Shown here: positions 28,157-37,674 of the stretch, piece after piece
Position numbering within the stretch: position 1 is the stretch's first letter
Layout: each line of letters begins with the position of its first letter
NCBI GenBank assembly: GCA_003221615.1
Contig: QHSQ01000103.1
Location: 14,153 to 78,152 of the forward strand
Direction of reading: 5' to 3'
DNA: 64,000 nucleotides
Source of the DNA: Candidatus Rokuibacteriota bacterium
GTDB taxonomy: Bacteria > Methylomirabilota > Methylomirabilia > Rokubacteriales > CSP1-6
Position numbers and translations under genes: made by a program
Notes under the pieces: model-generated
Seen by the model: the letters and a program-made list of their open reading frames with translations, nothing else
The model's database searches: none
What the model was told of the DNA's origin: nothing

Positions 28157-28935
28157 AGTGGTGTCGCGTCCAGATCGGCGAGCGCATCAGCTACGGCCTC
28201 GTGGAGGACGACGAAATCGTCGAGGTCGACGGCGATCCGTTCGCGGACCACCGCGTGGGCCGGGCCCGCCATCCGCTCCAGCGGGTCAAGCTTCTGCCTC
28301 CGATCATGCCCCGTGTGCTCTACGCCGCGGGCCCGAACTATCGCGGTCATCTCGAAGGCATGGCGAAGCGGCGAGGGGAGCCGCCGCGCTACCCGGCGCG
28401 GCCCGAGCCGAAGCTGCGCTCCGTGAACGCGATCATCGGGACCGAGGACGAGATCGTCGTGCCGAAAGAGTCGACGGGAGCGGTGCAGCCCGAGGGCCAG
28501 CTCGCGGTCGTCATCGGCAAGAAGGCACGCAACGTCTCCCGCGACGAAGCGCTGGACTGCGTGCTCGGCTACAGCATCGGGAACGACGTCAGCCAACGCG
28601 AATGGCAGAAGACGGATCGCACCTTGTTCCGCGCCAAGAACTGCGACACCTTCAAGCCGTTCGGCCCGTTCGTCGTGACCGGGCTCGACCCCGCCAAGCT
28701 CCGCATCATCGTCCGTCACAACAAAACGGTGTGGGAAGACTTCTCCTCGGCCGACCAGATCTGGGACACGGCCACCTGGCTCCACGAGATGAGCAAGACG
28801 GCTACCTTGCATCCCGGCGACGTGCTATGGATGGGCACCCAGGGCGCCGACGGCGACATGGTGCCGGGCGACGTCATCGAGATCGAGATCAGCGGCATCG
28901 GCGTGCTCCGCAACTACGTCGTCGCCGAACGGTAG
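28153..28935 (+). CDS. fumarylacetoacetate hydrolase (FAH) family protein
   Basis: ATGA overlap with the VOC gene. EGQLAVVIGKKARNVS, GYSIGNDVSQREWQ and KNCDTFKPFGP are typical FAH blocks. Confidence 0.85.
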   Translation: MKWCRVQIGERISYGLVEDDEIVEVDGDPFADHRVGRARHPLQRVKLLPPIMPRVLYAAGPNYRGHLEGMAKRRGEPPRYPARPEPKLRSVNAIIGTEDEIVVPKESTGAVQPEGQLAVVIGKKARNVSRDEALDCVLGYSIGNDVSQREWQKTDRTLFRAKNCDTFKPFGPFVVTGLDPAKLRIIVRHNKTVWEDFSSADQIWDTATWLHEMSKTATLHPGDVLWMGTQGADGDMVPGDVIEIEISGIGVLRNYVVAER

Positions 28936-28950
28936 CGCCCCGGGAACGAG

Positions 28951-29886
28951 ATGAAGATCGCGACGCCCGACCTGGTGACGAACTCGTACTTTCCGGCTCT
29001 GGCGGCCGAGGAGCTCGGTCTCTATCGCGAGGAAGGTCTCGACGCTCACGTCGAGCTGTTGCCCTCGCTCGACGCCGTGAACGCGCTGCGCGACGGCGCG
29101 GTGGACTTCGTGGCGGGCGGCGCCCACACGACCTTGCTGGCGTTCCCGGGCTGGAAGGGCTCGAAGCTCGTGGTCGCCCTCTCGCAGGGCACGCCCTGGC
29201 TCCTGGTCCTGCGCGCTGATCTTCCAGCCCGCCGGGGCGACGTCTCGGCCGTCAAGGGACTTCGCATCGGCGCCGCTCCAGGACCCGACCGTGCGCTGCT
29301 CCAGCTCCTGCGCGAGGTCGGCGTCGATCCGGTGCGCGACGGCGTCAAGATCGCTCCGGTGCCCGGAGGGATCGATCCGGGCGCGTCCTTCGGCGTCACC
29401 GCCGCCGAGGCGCTCGAGCGCGGGACCGTCGATGGATTCTGGGCGAACGCGCTGGGCAGCGAGACCGCCGTGCGCCGCGGTGTCGGAAGGATCATCGTGG
29501 ACGTCCGGCGAGGGGATGGGCCGCGCGACGCCGGCCGGTACACGTTCGCGGCACTCTCGACGACCGAGGCGCTGATCGCTCGCGAGCCGGAGCGCGTCGC
29601 CGCGGCGGTGCGCGCGATCGTGCGCGCTCAGGGCATGCTCCGGGAGAACCCCGCGCGCGCGACCGAGGTCGGGCGGCGACGTTTCCCGGCCGCGGCCGCG
29701 GAGATCATCGCGGCGGTCGTGGAGCGCGACCTGCCGTTCTACGACCCGGCGATCGAGGAAGAGGCGGTCGCCGTGATGAACGGCTTCGCCCGCTCGATCG
29801 GGCTCCTCACGGGGCCGGTCGCCTACGAGGACACGGTCGCCATGCGCTTCCGAAACCTCTGGGTCGGCTCGGGCGACAGGCGGTAG
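28951..29886 (+). CDS. NMT1/THI5-like (NitT/TauT SBP fold) protein without a signal peptide
   Basis: 311 aa. The N-terminus MKIATPDLVTNSYFPALAAEELGLY starts directly with the first beta-strand of the SBP fold, and there is no hydrophobic leader. Confidence 0.6.
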   Translation: MKIATPDLVTNSYFPALAAEELGLYREEGLDAHVELLPSLDAVNALRDGAVDFVAGGAHTTLLAFPGWKGSKLVVALSQGTPWLLVLRADLPARRGDVSAVKGLRIGAAPGPDRALLQLLREVGVDPVRDGVKIAPVPGGIDPGASFGVTAAEALERGTVDGFWANALGSETAVRRGVGRIIVDVRRGDGPRDAGRYTFAALSTTEALIAREPERVAAAVRAIVRAQGMLRENPARATEVGRRRFPAAAAEIIAAVVERDLPFYDPAIEEEAVAVMNGFARSIGLLTGPVAYEDTVAMRFRNLWVGSGDRR

Positions 29887-29902
29887 CGCGCGGCGCCAGG
29901 CC

Positions 29903-31480
29903 TCAGCGGGCCTTCAGCTTCACGTCCTCGTAGGGCGCCGAGTACCCGTGATAGTGGATGAGCCCGAGCCCGGATTCCGCCACCCGCGGTCCATAGCCGT
30001 TGAGGAACGCGGGCTCGAAGAGCGGCGCGAAGATCGCCTTGTCGTGCATGAGCTGCTGGATCTTGTGCAAGATCGCCTCGCGCTTCTTTCGATCGGGCTC
30101 CGAGGCCTGCTCGCGGAAGAGTCCGTCGATGTCGGGATAGCCGCCGTAGGCGTACATGCCGTCCGATAGCACGAACGCTTCGATGCGCGTCGCGGCGTTG
30201 CCGAACGCGGCGCTGCCCCCGCGGTAGAGATTCTTGAGCTTCTTCTCCTGGTTCGCCTTGATCATGGCGGCGCGCTCGAGCGGCTGCACCTTGATGCGGA
30301 TGCCGACGGCTTGCAGGTAGTTCGCCACCACTTCGGCGATCGACACGTACACGAAGTCCGCCGAGATCAGTCCGGCGTCGAAGCCGTTCGGGTAGCCCGC
30401 CGAAGCCAGAAGCTGCTTCGCTCGTTGGGGGTCGTAGGGATAGAGGGGCGCGGCCCAAGCGAAGTCGAACCCGCTCGGGATGATGCTGCCGGTGGCCCGG
30501 GCAAGACCAAGATATTCGGCCTGATTGATGGTCTGACGATCGATGGCGAGATTGGCGGCCTGGCGGACGCGACGGTCCGCCCACGGTGATTTCGGGTCCC
30601 ACTGATCGATGATGACGATCCACTCGGTGAACGCGCCGCCGGTCGCCTTCAGCGTGAGCCCCGGGGTTCTCCGAATTTCCTCGGCCAGCGCGCCGCGGAT
30701 CGAGTAGGCCACGTCGGCCTCGCCGCGCTTGAGCATCGCCAGGCGGGTGGACTCGTCCGGCACCGACTTGAAGACGAGGCGCTTCACGCTCGGGGCTTTG
30801 CGCCAGTACTGCTCGTAGGCCTCGAGGACGAGCTCGACGCCGGGGTTGAACGAGACGAACTTGTAGGGGCCGGCCCCCACGGGCGCTTTCTTGAACGCCT
30901 CGTCGCCGACCTTCTCCACGTACTTCTTGGGCACGATCCAGGCTGCCCCGGTGGCCGGCGTCCCGAAGAAGGTCATGAAGTCGGCCCACGGCTGCTTGAG
31001 CCGGAAGCGAACACGGTAGGGGTCCACGACCTCGACGGCCGCCATGCGCGCCTTCATCATCGTCGCCGCGGCGCCGCGGTACCGGTCGAACGAGAACTTC
31101 ACGTCCTCCGCGGTGACCGGGTCGCCGTTGTGAAACTTCACGCCCTGACGCAGCACGAACTCGTAGACGAGGCCATCCGGCGAGACGCTCCAGGACTCGG
31201 CCAGGCTCCCGGCTTGCGGCTTGCCCGGCATGGGCTTCACGAGCGCGTCGTGGAGCGCGTACAGGACCAGGAACGGCGTGATGAGCCCCGGGGTCTCCGC
31301 AGGGTCGAAGAAGGTCGGCGCGAGGGAGAAGTGGACCGCCCAGGTCATCTGTCCCGACGGCGCTTCGGAGCGCGACGGAGCTTGCGCGAGAGCCCCCGGG
31401 ACGGGGGCGGTGGGCCCGAACACGAGCGTCGCGACGAGCACCACCGAGAAGACGCAGGAGAGACGCCGGGCGCATTTCAT
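29903..31480 (-). CDS. ABC transporter substrate-binding protein, family 5
   Basis: GGAGG precedes the ATG at 31480. Signal MKCARRLSCVFSVVLVATLVFG. It is a paralog of 6593-8116. Confidence 0.85.
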   Translation of the reverse strand: MKCARRLSCVFSVVLVATLVFGPTAPVPGALAQAPSRSEAPSGQMTWAVHFSLAPTFFDPAETPGLITPFLVLYALHDALVKPMPGKPQAGSLAESWSVSPDGLVYEFVLRQGVKFHNGDPVTAEDVKFSFDRYRGAAATMMKARMAAVEVVDPYRVRFRLKQPWADFMTFFGTPATGAAWIVPKKYVEKVGDEAFKKAPVGAGPYKFVSFNPGVELVLEAYEQYWRKAPSVKRLVFKSVPDESTRLAMLKRGEADVAYSIRGALAEEIRRTPGLTLKATGGAFTEWIVIIDQWDPKSPWADRRVRQAANLAIDRQTINQAEYLGLARATGSIIPSGFDFAWAAPLYPYDPQRAKQLLASAGYPNGFDAGLISADFVYVSIAEVVANYLQAVGIRIKVQPLERAAMIKANQEKKLKNLYRGGSAAFGNAATRIEAFVLSDGMYAYGGYPDIDGLFREQASEPDRKKREAILHKIQQLMHDKAIFAPLFEPAFLNGYGPRVAESGLGLIHYHGYSAPYEDVKLKAR

Positions 31481-31562
31481 GGGCCGTTGCCTCCAACGGA
31501 TCCGATTCGTTTGCGACCGCCACTCCAACGGGGAGCTCTGCCGGAGCACGCGGATCATAGTC

Positions 31563-32975
31563 TTACTCCAGGCCGTACTCCGCCCAGTGGGCGTCGACGC
31601 GGTCCAGGTCTTCCTTCGGCGGCACCGAGCGCGCCGGGAACCGATGCTTCCGGGTCGCGTCGACGCCGACCTTGGACGAGAGCACCGTCTTGCGCTCGAG
31701 CTGGTCCACGTCCTCCTCGGCGGTCGACGGATCGAGCGCGACACCGGCCGTGGCGCGATTCACGTAGAGGTCGTGCTCGGGCTGGACGTGCCAGGACATC
31801 GCCCAGAGGACCTGGAAGTAGTCGCGGATGTCGATGTCCTCGTCGACGACGACCACCCACTTGGAAAACGACGGATCGTACGCCCAGACCGCCCACATCG
31901 CGCGCTGGGGCAGGGCGGGATGCTCGCGGCGAAGTGAAATCGCCAGAAACGCGGCCCCGCCGCCGGCTTCGAGCAGGTGGACGTCCCGCACGGGAAGCCG
32001 CAGCTCCCGGCGCAGATGCTGGAGCAGCGCGACGTCGCGCCCGGTGCCGCGGATGCAGCTCGACTCGCTCGGCGGCATCTGGCTGAAGAAGGCCTGGTAG
32101 ATCGGATCGGCGCGATGGGTGATCGCGGTGACCTCGATCACGAAGCTCGGCCCCGACGAGCCCATGTAGCCCGTGTACTCGCCGAACGGCCCCTCGTGCT
32201 CGCGTACGCCGGGCGGCACGAAGCCCTCGATCACGATCTCGGCGTGCGCCGGGACCTCGAGGTCGTTCGTCTCACACTTCACGACCTCGAGCGGCTCGCC
32301 GCGCAGGGCGCCGGCGACCCCCAGCTCGTCGCCGCGGATCCGCGCGACCGAGGTGAGCGGCACCGGCGGATCGCAGCCGATCACGACGGCGCACGGCGTC
32401 GGGTTGCCCTTACGCTCGTTCTTCATGATGTGCGCGTACATGTCGCGCCAGGTGGTGCTCAGGAAGAGGCCGAACTTGCGGGGCCCCTTCAGCATCAGGC
32501 GGTAGGTGCCCATGTTGCGCTCGCCGGTCTCCGGGTCGTGGGAGATCACGCACGGTCCAGTGACGTACGGGGCCGGGTCCTGGTCGCGCGTCCATAGGCA
32601 GAGCGGAAGCGCCGTCGCGTCGATCCGGTCACCGGTCTGGATCACGTCCTTGACCGGGCCCGTCTTCACGCGGACCGGAGGAATCGGATGGCTCTGAGCC
32701 CGGGACCACTTGTCGGCGATCTGGTCGACAGTGGTCTCCAGGGCGAGAGCGTAGACCTCCGGCGAAGCGCCGAGGACTCCGGCAACCAGCGGCATCCGAT
32801 GGCCCTTGACGTGCTCGAACATGACCGCGGGCCGCCGCGCCGGGGGAATTCTCTGGAAAACCCGGCGGATGACGGCCGCGACCTCCCAGTTCGGATCAAC
32901 TTCCTTCTTCACGTGGTGGAGCTTGCCGCGAACTTCAAGGGCGGCGAGATACTCGCGGAGATCCTTGTAGGCCAT
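31563..32975 (-). CDS. UbiD-family (prFMN-dependent) decarboxylase
   Basis: 470 aa. MAYKDLREYLAALEVRGKLHHVKKEVDPNWEVAAV and the overall length and architecture are typical of UbiD. Confidence 0.85.
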   Translation of the reverse strand: MAYKDLREYLAALEVRGKLHHVKKEVDPNWEVAAVIRRVFQRIPPARRPAVMFEHVKGHRMPLVAGVLGASPEVYALALETTVDQIADKWSRAQSHPIPPVRVKTGPVKDVIQTGDRIDATALPLCLWTRDQDPAPYVTGPCVISHDPETGERNMGTYRLMLKGPRKFGLFLSTTWRDMYAHIMKNERKGNPTPCAVVIGCDPPVPLTSVARIRGDELGVAGALRGEPLEVVKCETNDLEVPAHAEIVIEGFVPPGVREHEGPFGEYTGYMGSSGPSFVIEVTAITHRADPIYQAFFSQMPPSESSCIRGTGRDVALLQHLRRELRLPVRDVHLLEAGGGAAFLAISLRREHPALPQRAMWAVWAYDPSFSKWVVVVDEDIDIRDYFQVLWAMSWHVQPEHDLYVNRATAGVALDPSTAEEDVDQLERKTVLSSKVGVDATRKHRFPARSVPPKEDLDRVDAHWAEYGLE

Positions 32976-32986
32976 GTCTCATGCCC

Positions 32987-34006
32987 TCATGAAGTCTTTC
33001 CGGGCCGGTAAGGGTGCCGGTCGATCCAGTGCCGCGCGATGTCGATCCGGCGGCAGATCCACACGTGCTCGTGGCGCTCGACGTAGTCGAGGAAGCGCGT
33101 GAGCGCCGCGGCGCGCCCGGGCCGGCCCATGAGCCGCATGTGCAGGCCGAGCGACATCATCTTCGGTCGGTCGGCGCCCTCCGCATAGAGGACGTCGAAG
33201 GCGTCCCGAACGTGGGCAAGCCACTCGTCGCCGGTGGCGAAGCCGCCGGGCAGCCCGAACTTCATGTCGTTGTTGTCGAGGGTGTAGGGAACGACGAGAT
33301 GCGGCTTGCCCGACACGAGGGTCCAGTATGGCAGATCGTCGTTGTAGGCGTCGGCGTCGTAGAGAAATCCGCCTTCCTCGACGACCAGGCGGCGCGTGTT
33401 GGGACTGAGCCGGCCGGTGTACCAGCCGAGCGGTCGGCTCCCTGTCACGCGCGTGAGGCTCTCGACGGCGCGTCGGATGTGCTCGCGCTCGACCTTCTCG
33501 CTCACGAACTGGTAGTCGATCCAGCGCCAGCCGTGGCTCACGACCTCGTGCCCCGCTTCCACAATGGCGGCGGCGGCCTCGGGATGGCGCTCGAGCGCCA
33601 TCGCCACGGCGAAGACGCTGATCTTGATCCCGTAGCGGGCGAACGTCCGCATGAGGCGCCAGAACCCGACGCGGCTGCCGTACTCGTACATCGACTCGAC
33701 CTGAAGATTTCGCACGCCCTGGAGCGACGGCAGACCGACGACCTCTTGCAGATACGACTCGGCCTCGGCGTCCCCGTGCAGGGTGGAGCGCTCGCCGCCT
33801 TCCTCGTAGTTCATGACGATCTGCAGCGCCAGGCGAGCGCCGCCGGGCCACTTGGGATCGGGCGGCATCTTGCCGTACCCGACGAGGTCGCGCGGGTACT
33901 CTCCTCGGAGGGGGCCTCGACGGCCCCCTCCGATGCCTCCCCCAGATCGACTTGCGCCGGCGGAGCCGGCGCTCGAACGCGGTCTCTTTCGCCGGTGAGG
34001 GCTCAT
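32987..34006 (-). CDS. puuE: allantoinase PuuE (polysaccharide deacetylase-type)
   Basis: YPRDLVGYG...PDPKWPGGARLALQIVMNYEEGGE and HMRLMGRPGR are typical of PuuE. The ATG at 34006 overlaps the aminotransferase stop (ATGA). Confidence 0.8.
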   Translation of the reverse strand: MSPHRRKRPRSSAGSAGASRSGGGIGGGRRGPLRGEYPRDLVGYGKMPPDPKWPGGARLALQIVMNYEEGGERSTLHGDAEAESYLQEVVGLPSLQGVRNLQVESMYEYGSRVGFWRLMRTFARYGIKISVFAVAMALERHPEAAAAIVEAGHEVVSHGWRWIDYQFVSEKVEREHIRRAVESLTRVTGSRPLGWYTGRLSPNTRRLVVEEGGFLYDADAYNDDLPYWTLVSGKPHLVVPYTLDNNDMKFGLPGGFATGDEWLAHVRDAFDVLYAEGADRPKMMSLGLHMRLMGRPGRAAALTRFLDYVERHEHVWICRRIDIARHWIDRHPYRPGKTS

Positions 34007-35244
34007 ACGCGGCCGATGCCCGTGGCGCCGAGGTTGTCGGTGGTGTCGGGAGAGCCGGGGGCGCCGGCGGCGGTGTAGTGGGCCAGGGCGGCGTCGAGGC
34101 CGGCGCCGGCGGCGGCGCGGTGGCCTTCGCGGCGGAGCACGTCCTCGAGCGCGGCCAGGCACAGGAGCACGAGCTGGCGCTGGGCCGAGTAGCCCATGGT
34201 GCCGATGCGCCAGATCTTTCCCTGTAGCTGGCCGAAGGCGGCGCCGATCTCGACGCCGAAGTCCTCCACGAGCCGGCGCCGCACGCGCAGCTCGTCGACG
34301 CCCTCCGGCACGACGACGGGCGTCAAGAAAGGGAGCCGATGCTCGCGCGGTTCCTTGCCGAAGAGCGACAGCCCCGAGGCGTCGAGCCCGGCGCGCAGCG
34401 CGTCGCCGTGCAGGCGGTGTCGCGCGAAGCGCGCCTCGAGGCCCTCGTCGTGCACGGCGCGGAGTGCTTCGCGTAAGCCGTACACCATTGCCGTGGGTGC
34501 CGTGTGATGGTTGAAACGCGCCGGGCTCCAGTAGTCGGCGAGCTGACCGAGGTCGAGGTAGTTGCTCTGCACCCTGGTCCGCCGGCCCCTGATGACGGCC
34601 TCGGCCCGCGCGTTGTAGGTGATCGGCGCCAGCCCCGACGGGCAGCTCAGACACTTCTGGGCCCCGGCGATCGCAACATCGATGTCCCACCGATCGACGG
34701 CGACCTCGCACCCGCCGAGCGTCACGACGCAGTCGGCGACCAGGAGCGCTCCGTGATCGTGAGCCAGACGCGCGATCTCGGCGAGCGGCTGGAGGGTGCC
34801 GGTCGAGGTCTCGCCGTGGACGATCGCGACCAGCTTGGTCCGCCCGGCCCTGAGCGCGCCCTCGACGGCGGCGGGGTCGATCAGCCGCCCCCATTCGCCG
34901 CGCACCGCGACCACTTCGGCGCCGCAGCGCTCCGCGATCTCGATCAGCAACAGGCCGAAGCGACCGAACTCGGCGACGACCACCCGGTCGCCGGGCTCGA
35001 TCAGCGAGGCGAGCGCCGCCTCGAGGCCGGCTCGGCCGGTACCGGGCACGGGAAACGCGCGCGCGTTGGTGGTCTGGAACGCGAACCGCGTGAGCTCCAT
35101 GACCTCGTTCATGATCTGCGTGAACTCCGGGTCGAACTGACCCAGGAGCGGTGTCGACATCGCGCGCAGGACGCGCGGGTCCGCCATGGCCGGCCCGGGG
35201 CCCAGGAGGACGCGCGGACTGGGAAGGAGATCGCCGAAGGACAT
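34003..35244 (-). CDS. class V aminotransferase (alanine-glyoxylate / ureidoglycine-glyoxylate PucG-like)
   Basis: 413 aa. LLGPGPAMADPRVLRAM, HGETSTGT and AGAQKCLSCPSGLAP (PLP-Lys region) match the AGXT/PucG family. Confidence 0.8.
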   Translation of the reverse strand: MSFGDLLPSPRVLLGPGPAMADPRVLRAMSTPLLGQFDPEFTQIMNEVMELTRFAFQTTNARAFPVPGTGRAGLEAALASLIEPGDRVVVAEFGRFGLLLIEIAERCGAEVVAVRGEWGRLIDPAAVEGALRAGRTKLVAIVHGETSTGTLQPLAEIARLAHDHGALLVADCVVTLGGCEVAVDRWDIDVAIAGAQKCLSCPSGLAPITYNARAEAVIRGRRTRVQSNYLDLGQLADYWSPARFNHHTAPTAMVYGLREALRAVHDEGLEARFARHRLHGDALRAGLDASGLSLFGKEPREHRLPFLTPVVVPEGVDELRVRRRLVEDFGVEIGAAFGQLQGKIWRIGTMGYSAQRQLVLLCLAALEDVLRREGHRAAAGAGLDAALAHYTAAGAPGSPDTTDNLGATGIGRV

Positions 35245-35253
35245 GCCGCCGGG

Positions 35254-35263
35254 AATTATAATT
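35254..35263. promoter_or_regulatory. perfect AT palindrome AATTATAATT giving TATAAT on both strands (back-to-back -10 boxes)
   Basis: This is the only AT-rich stretch between the divergent starts at 35244 (minus strand) and 35283 (plus strand). TATAAT reads 35257-35262 on the plus strand and 35260-35255 on the minus strand. Confidence 0.5.
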
Positions 35264-35282
35264 GAGCCCCGCGGCGGACCAC

Positions 35283-37604
35283 GTGCCCGACAAATTCACC
35301 GGCCGGCCCATGAGGCGCCTCGAGGATCCGCGGCTGCTGCGCGGCCAGGCCCTCTATGTCGATGACCTGCGCTTGCCGGGGACCCTCCACGTGGCGTTCG
35401 CGCGCAGCATCTACCCGCACGCGGGCTTCCAGGTCGACGCGAGCGCCGCGCGCGCGGTCGCAGACGTCGTGGGCGTGTTCACGGCGGCCGACCTGTCGGC
35501 GGAGCGCGGCTTCCGCGAGATCCCCGGCGTCATCGACCATCCGGCGCTCCGACCGTGCCGGCAGCTTCCGCTGGCGCGCGAGAAGGTGCGCTACGTCGGC
35601 GAGCCGACCGTCGCGGTGGTGGCCACGAGCCGTTATGCGGCCCAGGATGGCGTCGAGGCCCTGCAGATCGCCTACGAGCCGCTCGACGCCGTGCCCGACG
35701 CGCACGCCGCCGTCGCTCCGGGCGCGGCACTCTTGCACGACGGGGTTCCGGGCAACGTCGCCGCCGATTTCGTCGTGAAGGCCGGCGACGCGGACCGTGC
35801 GTTTCGCTCGGCCGAGATCGTGACGCGCGGACGCTACTACGTCCATCGCTACACCGGGATGCCGCTGGAGACGCGCGGGGTCCTGGCCGACTACGAGCGC
35901 GGCACGGGCTGTCTCACCGTGCGGTCGTCCACCCAGTGGCCCCACACCGTGCGCGACGCGCTCCGCGACGTGCTCGGGCTGGCCGAGCACCAGGTTCGCG
36001 TGATCGCGCCCGACGTGGGCGGCGGATTCGGCGTGAAGCAGGAGATCTACCCGGAGGAGATCCTGCTCGCGCTCCTGGCGATGCGCCTCTCCTCTCCGGT
36101 GAAGTGGATCGAGACGCGTCACGAGCACCTGACCAACGCCGCGCACGCGCGCGAGCAATGGCACGACATCGAGCTCGCGGCGCGCCGCGACGGGACGATC
36201 GTCGGGATGCGCGCCGAGCTGCTGGCGGATGCCGGCGCCTACACGCGAAGCCTCGGAGTGCTCTGCCCGTCGATCACCGCCGCCAGCTTGCCCGGGCCTT
36301 ACCGGATCCGCGACTACACGTGCCGGGTTCGCGCGGCGCTCACGTGCAAGGCGCCGGCGGCGGCCTACCGCGGCGCCGGCCAGCCCGAGGCCGTGTTCGC
36401 CATCGAGCGAGCCCTCGACCGGCTCGCGCACGAGCTCGAGATGGATCCGGCCGAGGTCCGCAGAAAGAATTTCATCCGTCGCGACGAGTTCCCGTGGGAG
36501 CTCGGGATCTCGTCGGCCCAGGTCCCGGTGGTCTACGACAGCGGCGACTACGAGGCGGCCCTCGACGCCGCGCTGACCCTGGCCCGCTATGCCGACCGCC
36601 GCGCCGAGCAAGCCTCCGAGCGCGCGAAGGGCGAGCGGGGCCGCCTGCTGGGCATCGGCGTCGCCGCCTACGTGCTCCTCACCGGACTCGGGCCTCACGA
36701 GGGCGCGGTACTGCGTGTGGATCCGACCGGACACGCGCTGCTCGTCACGGGCGCCTCGCCTCACGGCCAGGGAACGGCGACGGCGCTGGCGCAGGTGGTG
36801 GCGGACGAGCTCGGGATCGAGCCCCGCGAGGTGACCGTGCGGCACGGCGACACCGCGATGATCCCGTTCGGCGTCGGGACCTACGCGAGCCGCAACGCCG
36901 TCGTGGCCGGCAGCGCCGCGCTCGTCGCGGCTCGGGCCGTTGCGGAGAAGGCGCGCCGCCTGGCCTCGCATCGGCTCGAGGTCGCCGAGGGCGATCTCGA
37001 GCTCGCCGACGGAGTCGTCCGCGTCGTCGGAGCTCCGCACCGCCGGCTCTCGCTCGGCGAGCTCGCGCTCGCGTGCGCGCCCGGCTCGCCGCTGCCGGAA
37101 GGCATGAGCCCCGGCCTCGAGGCCACGCACTATTTCCTGGCGCCGCGGCCGACCTTCGCGAGCGGGGTGCACGTGGCCGTCGTCGACGTCGAGCGCGAGA
37201 CCGGGCGGGTCGAGATCGTCGACTACATCGCCGCCAGCGACGCGGGGCGGCTGATCAACCCGCTCATCGTCGAGGGCCAGATCCACGGCGGCGTCGCCCA
37301 GGGCGTCGGTGGCGCGCTCTACGAGGAGCTCGCCTACGACGAGCATGGGCAGCCGCGAGCCCAATCCCTGATGGAGTACACGATGCCGAGCGCCGGCCAG
37401 ATTCCCGCGATCAAGATCGTCAACCTCGTCACGCCGAGCCCGCTCAATCCCCTCGGCGTGAAGGGAGTCGGCGAGGGCGGGACGCTGGCGCCGCCGGCGG
37501 CGATCACCGCCGCCGTCGAGGACGCGCTGCGACCCTTCGGTGCCCGCATCGTGGGCACACCGATCCGGGCCGAGGACGTGCTCAGACTGATTCGCCGGTC
37601 TTGA
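35283..37604 (+). CDS. xanthine dehydrogenase/CoxL-like family molybdopterin-binding subunit
   Basis: The GTG at 35283 gives a typical N-terminus (VPDKFTGRPMRRLEDPRLLRGQALYVDD). Motifs AYRGAGQPEA, VGGGFGVKQE and LGVKGVGEGG. The ORF opens at TTG 35262; ATG 35310 is another option. Confidence 0.85.
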   Translation: MPDKFTGRPMRRLEDPRLLRGQALYVDDLRLPGTLHVAFARSIYPHAGFQVDASAARAVADVVGVFTAADLSAERGFREIPGVIDHPALRPCRQLPLAREKVRYVGEPTVAVVATSRYAAQDGVEALQIAYEPLDAVPDAHAAVAPGAALLHDGVPGNVAADFVVKAGDADRAFRSAEIVTRGRYYVHRYTGMPLETRGVLADYERGTGCLTVRSSTQWPHTVRDALRDVLGLAEHQVRVIAPDVGGGFGVKQEIYPEEILLALLAMRLSSPVKWIETRHEHLTNAAHAREQWHDIELAARRDGTIVGMRAELLADAGAYTRSLGVLCPSITAASLPGPYRIRDYTCRVRAALTCKAPAAAYRGAGQPEAVFAIERALDRLAHELEMDPAEVRRKNFIRRDEFPWELGISSAQVPVVYDSGDYEAALDAALTLARYADRRAEQASERAKGERGRLLGIGVAAYVLLTGLGPHEGAVLRVDPTGHALLVTGASPHGQGTATALAQVVADELGIEPREVTVRHGDTAMIPFGVGTYASRNAVVAGSAALVAARAVAEKARRLASHRLEVAEGDLELADGVVRVVGAPHRRLSLGELALACAPGSPLPEGMSPGLEATHYFLAPRPTFASGVHVAVVDVERETGRVEIVDYIAASDAGRLINPLIVEGQIHGGVAQGVGGALYEELAYDEHGQPRAQSLMEYTMPSAGQIPAIKIVNLVTPSPLNPLGVKGVGEGGTLAPPAAITAAVEDALRPFGARIVGTPIRAEDVLRLIRRS

Positions 37605-37674
37605 CGCCGGCTGGCAGTCGGTCTTAGGTTGCTGAACGATGATCTCGCGGACCACCGCGGCTCAAGGGGGGCTC

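Noticed and set aside
32987-35311. 774-aa ORF that suggests a large fusion protein ending in the PuuE domain
   Set aside because: Only the C-terminal 339 aa (from the ATG at 34006) look like PuuE. The upstream 435 codons are low-complexity Arg/Pro/Gly sequence read out of frame across the well-supported aminotransferase gene (34003-35244).
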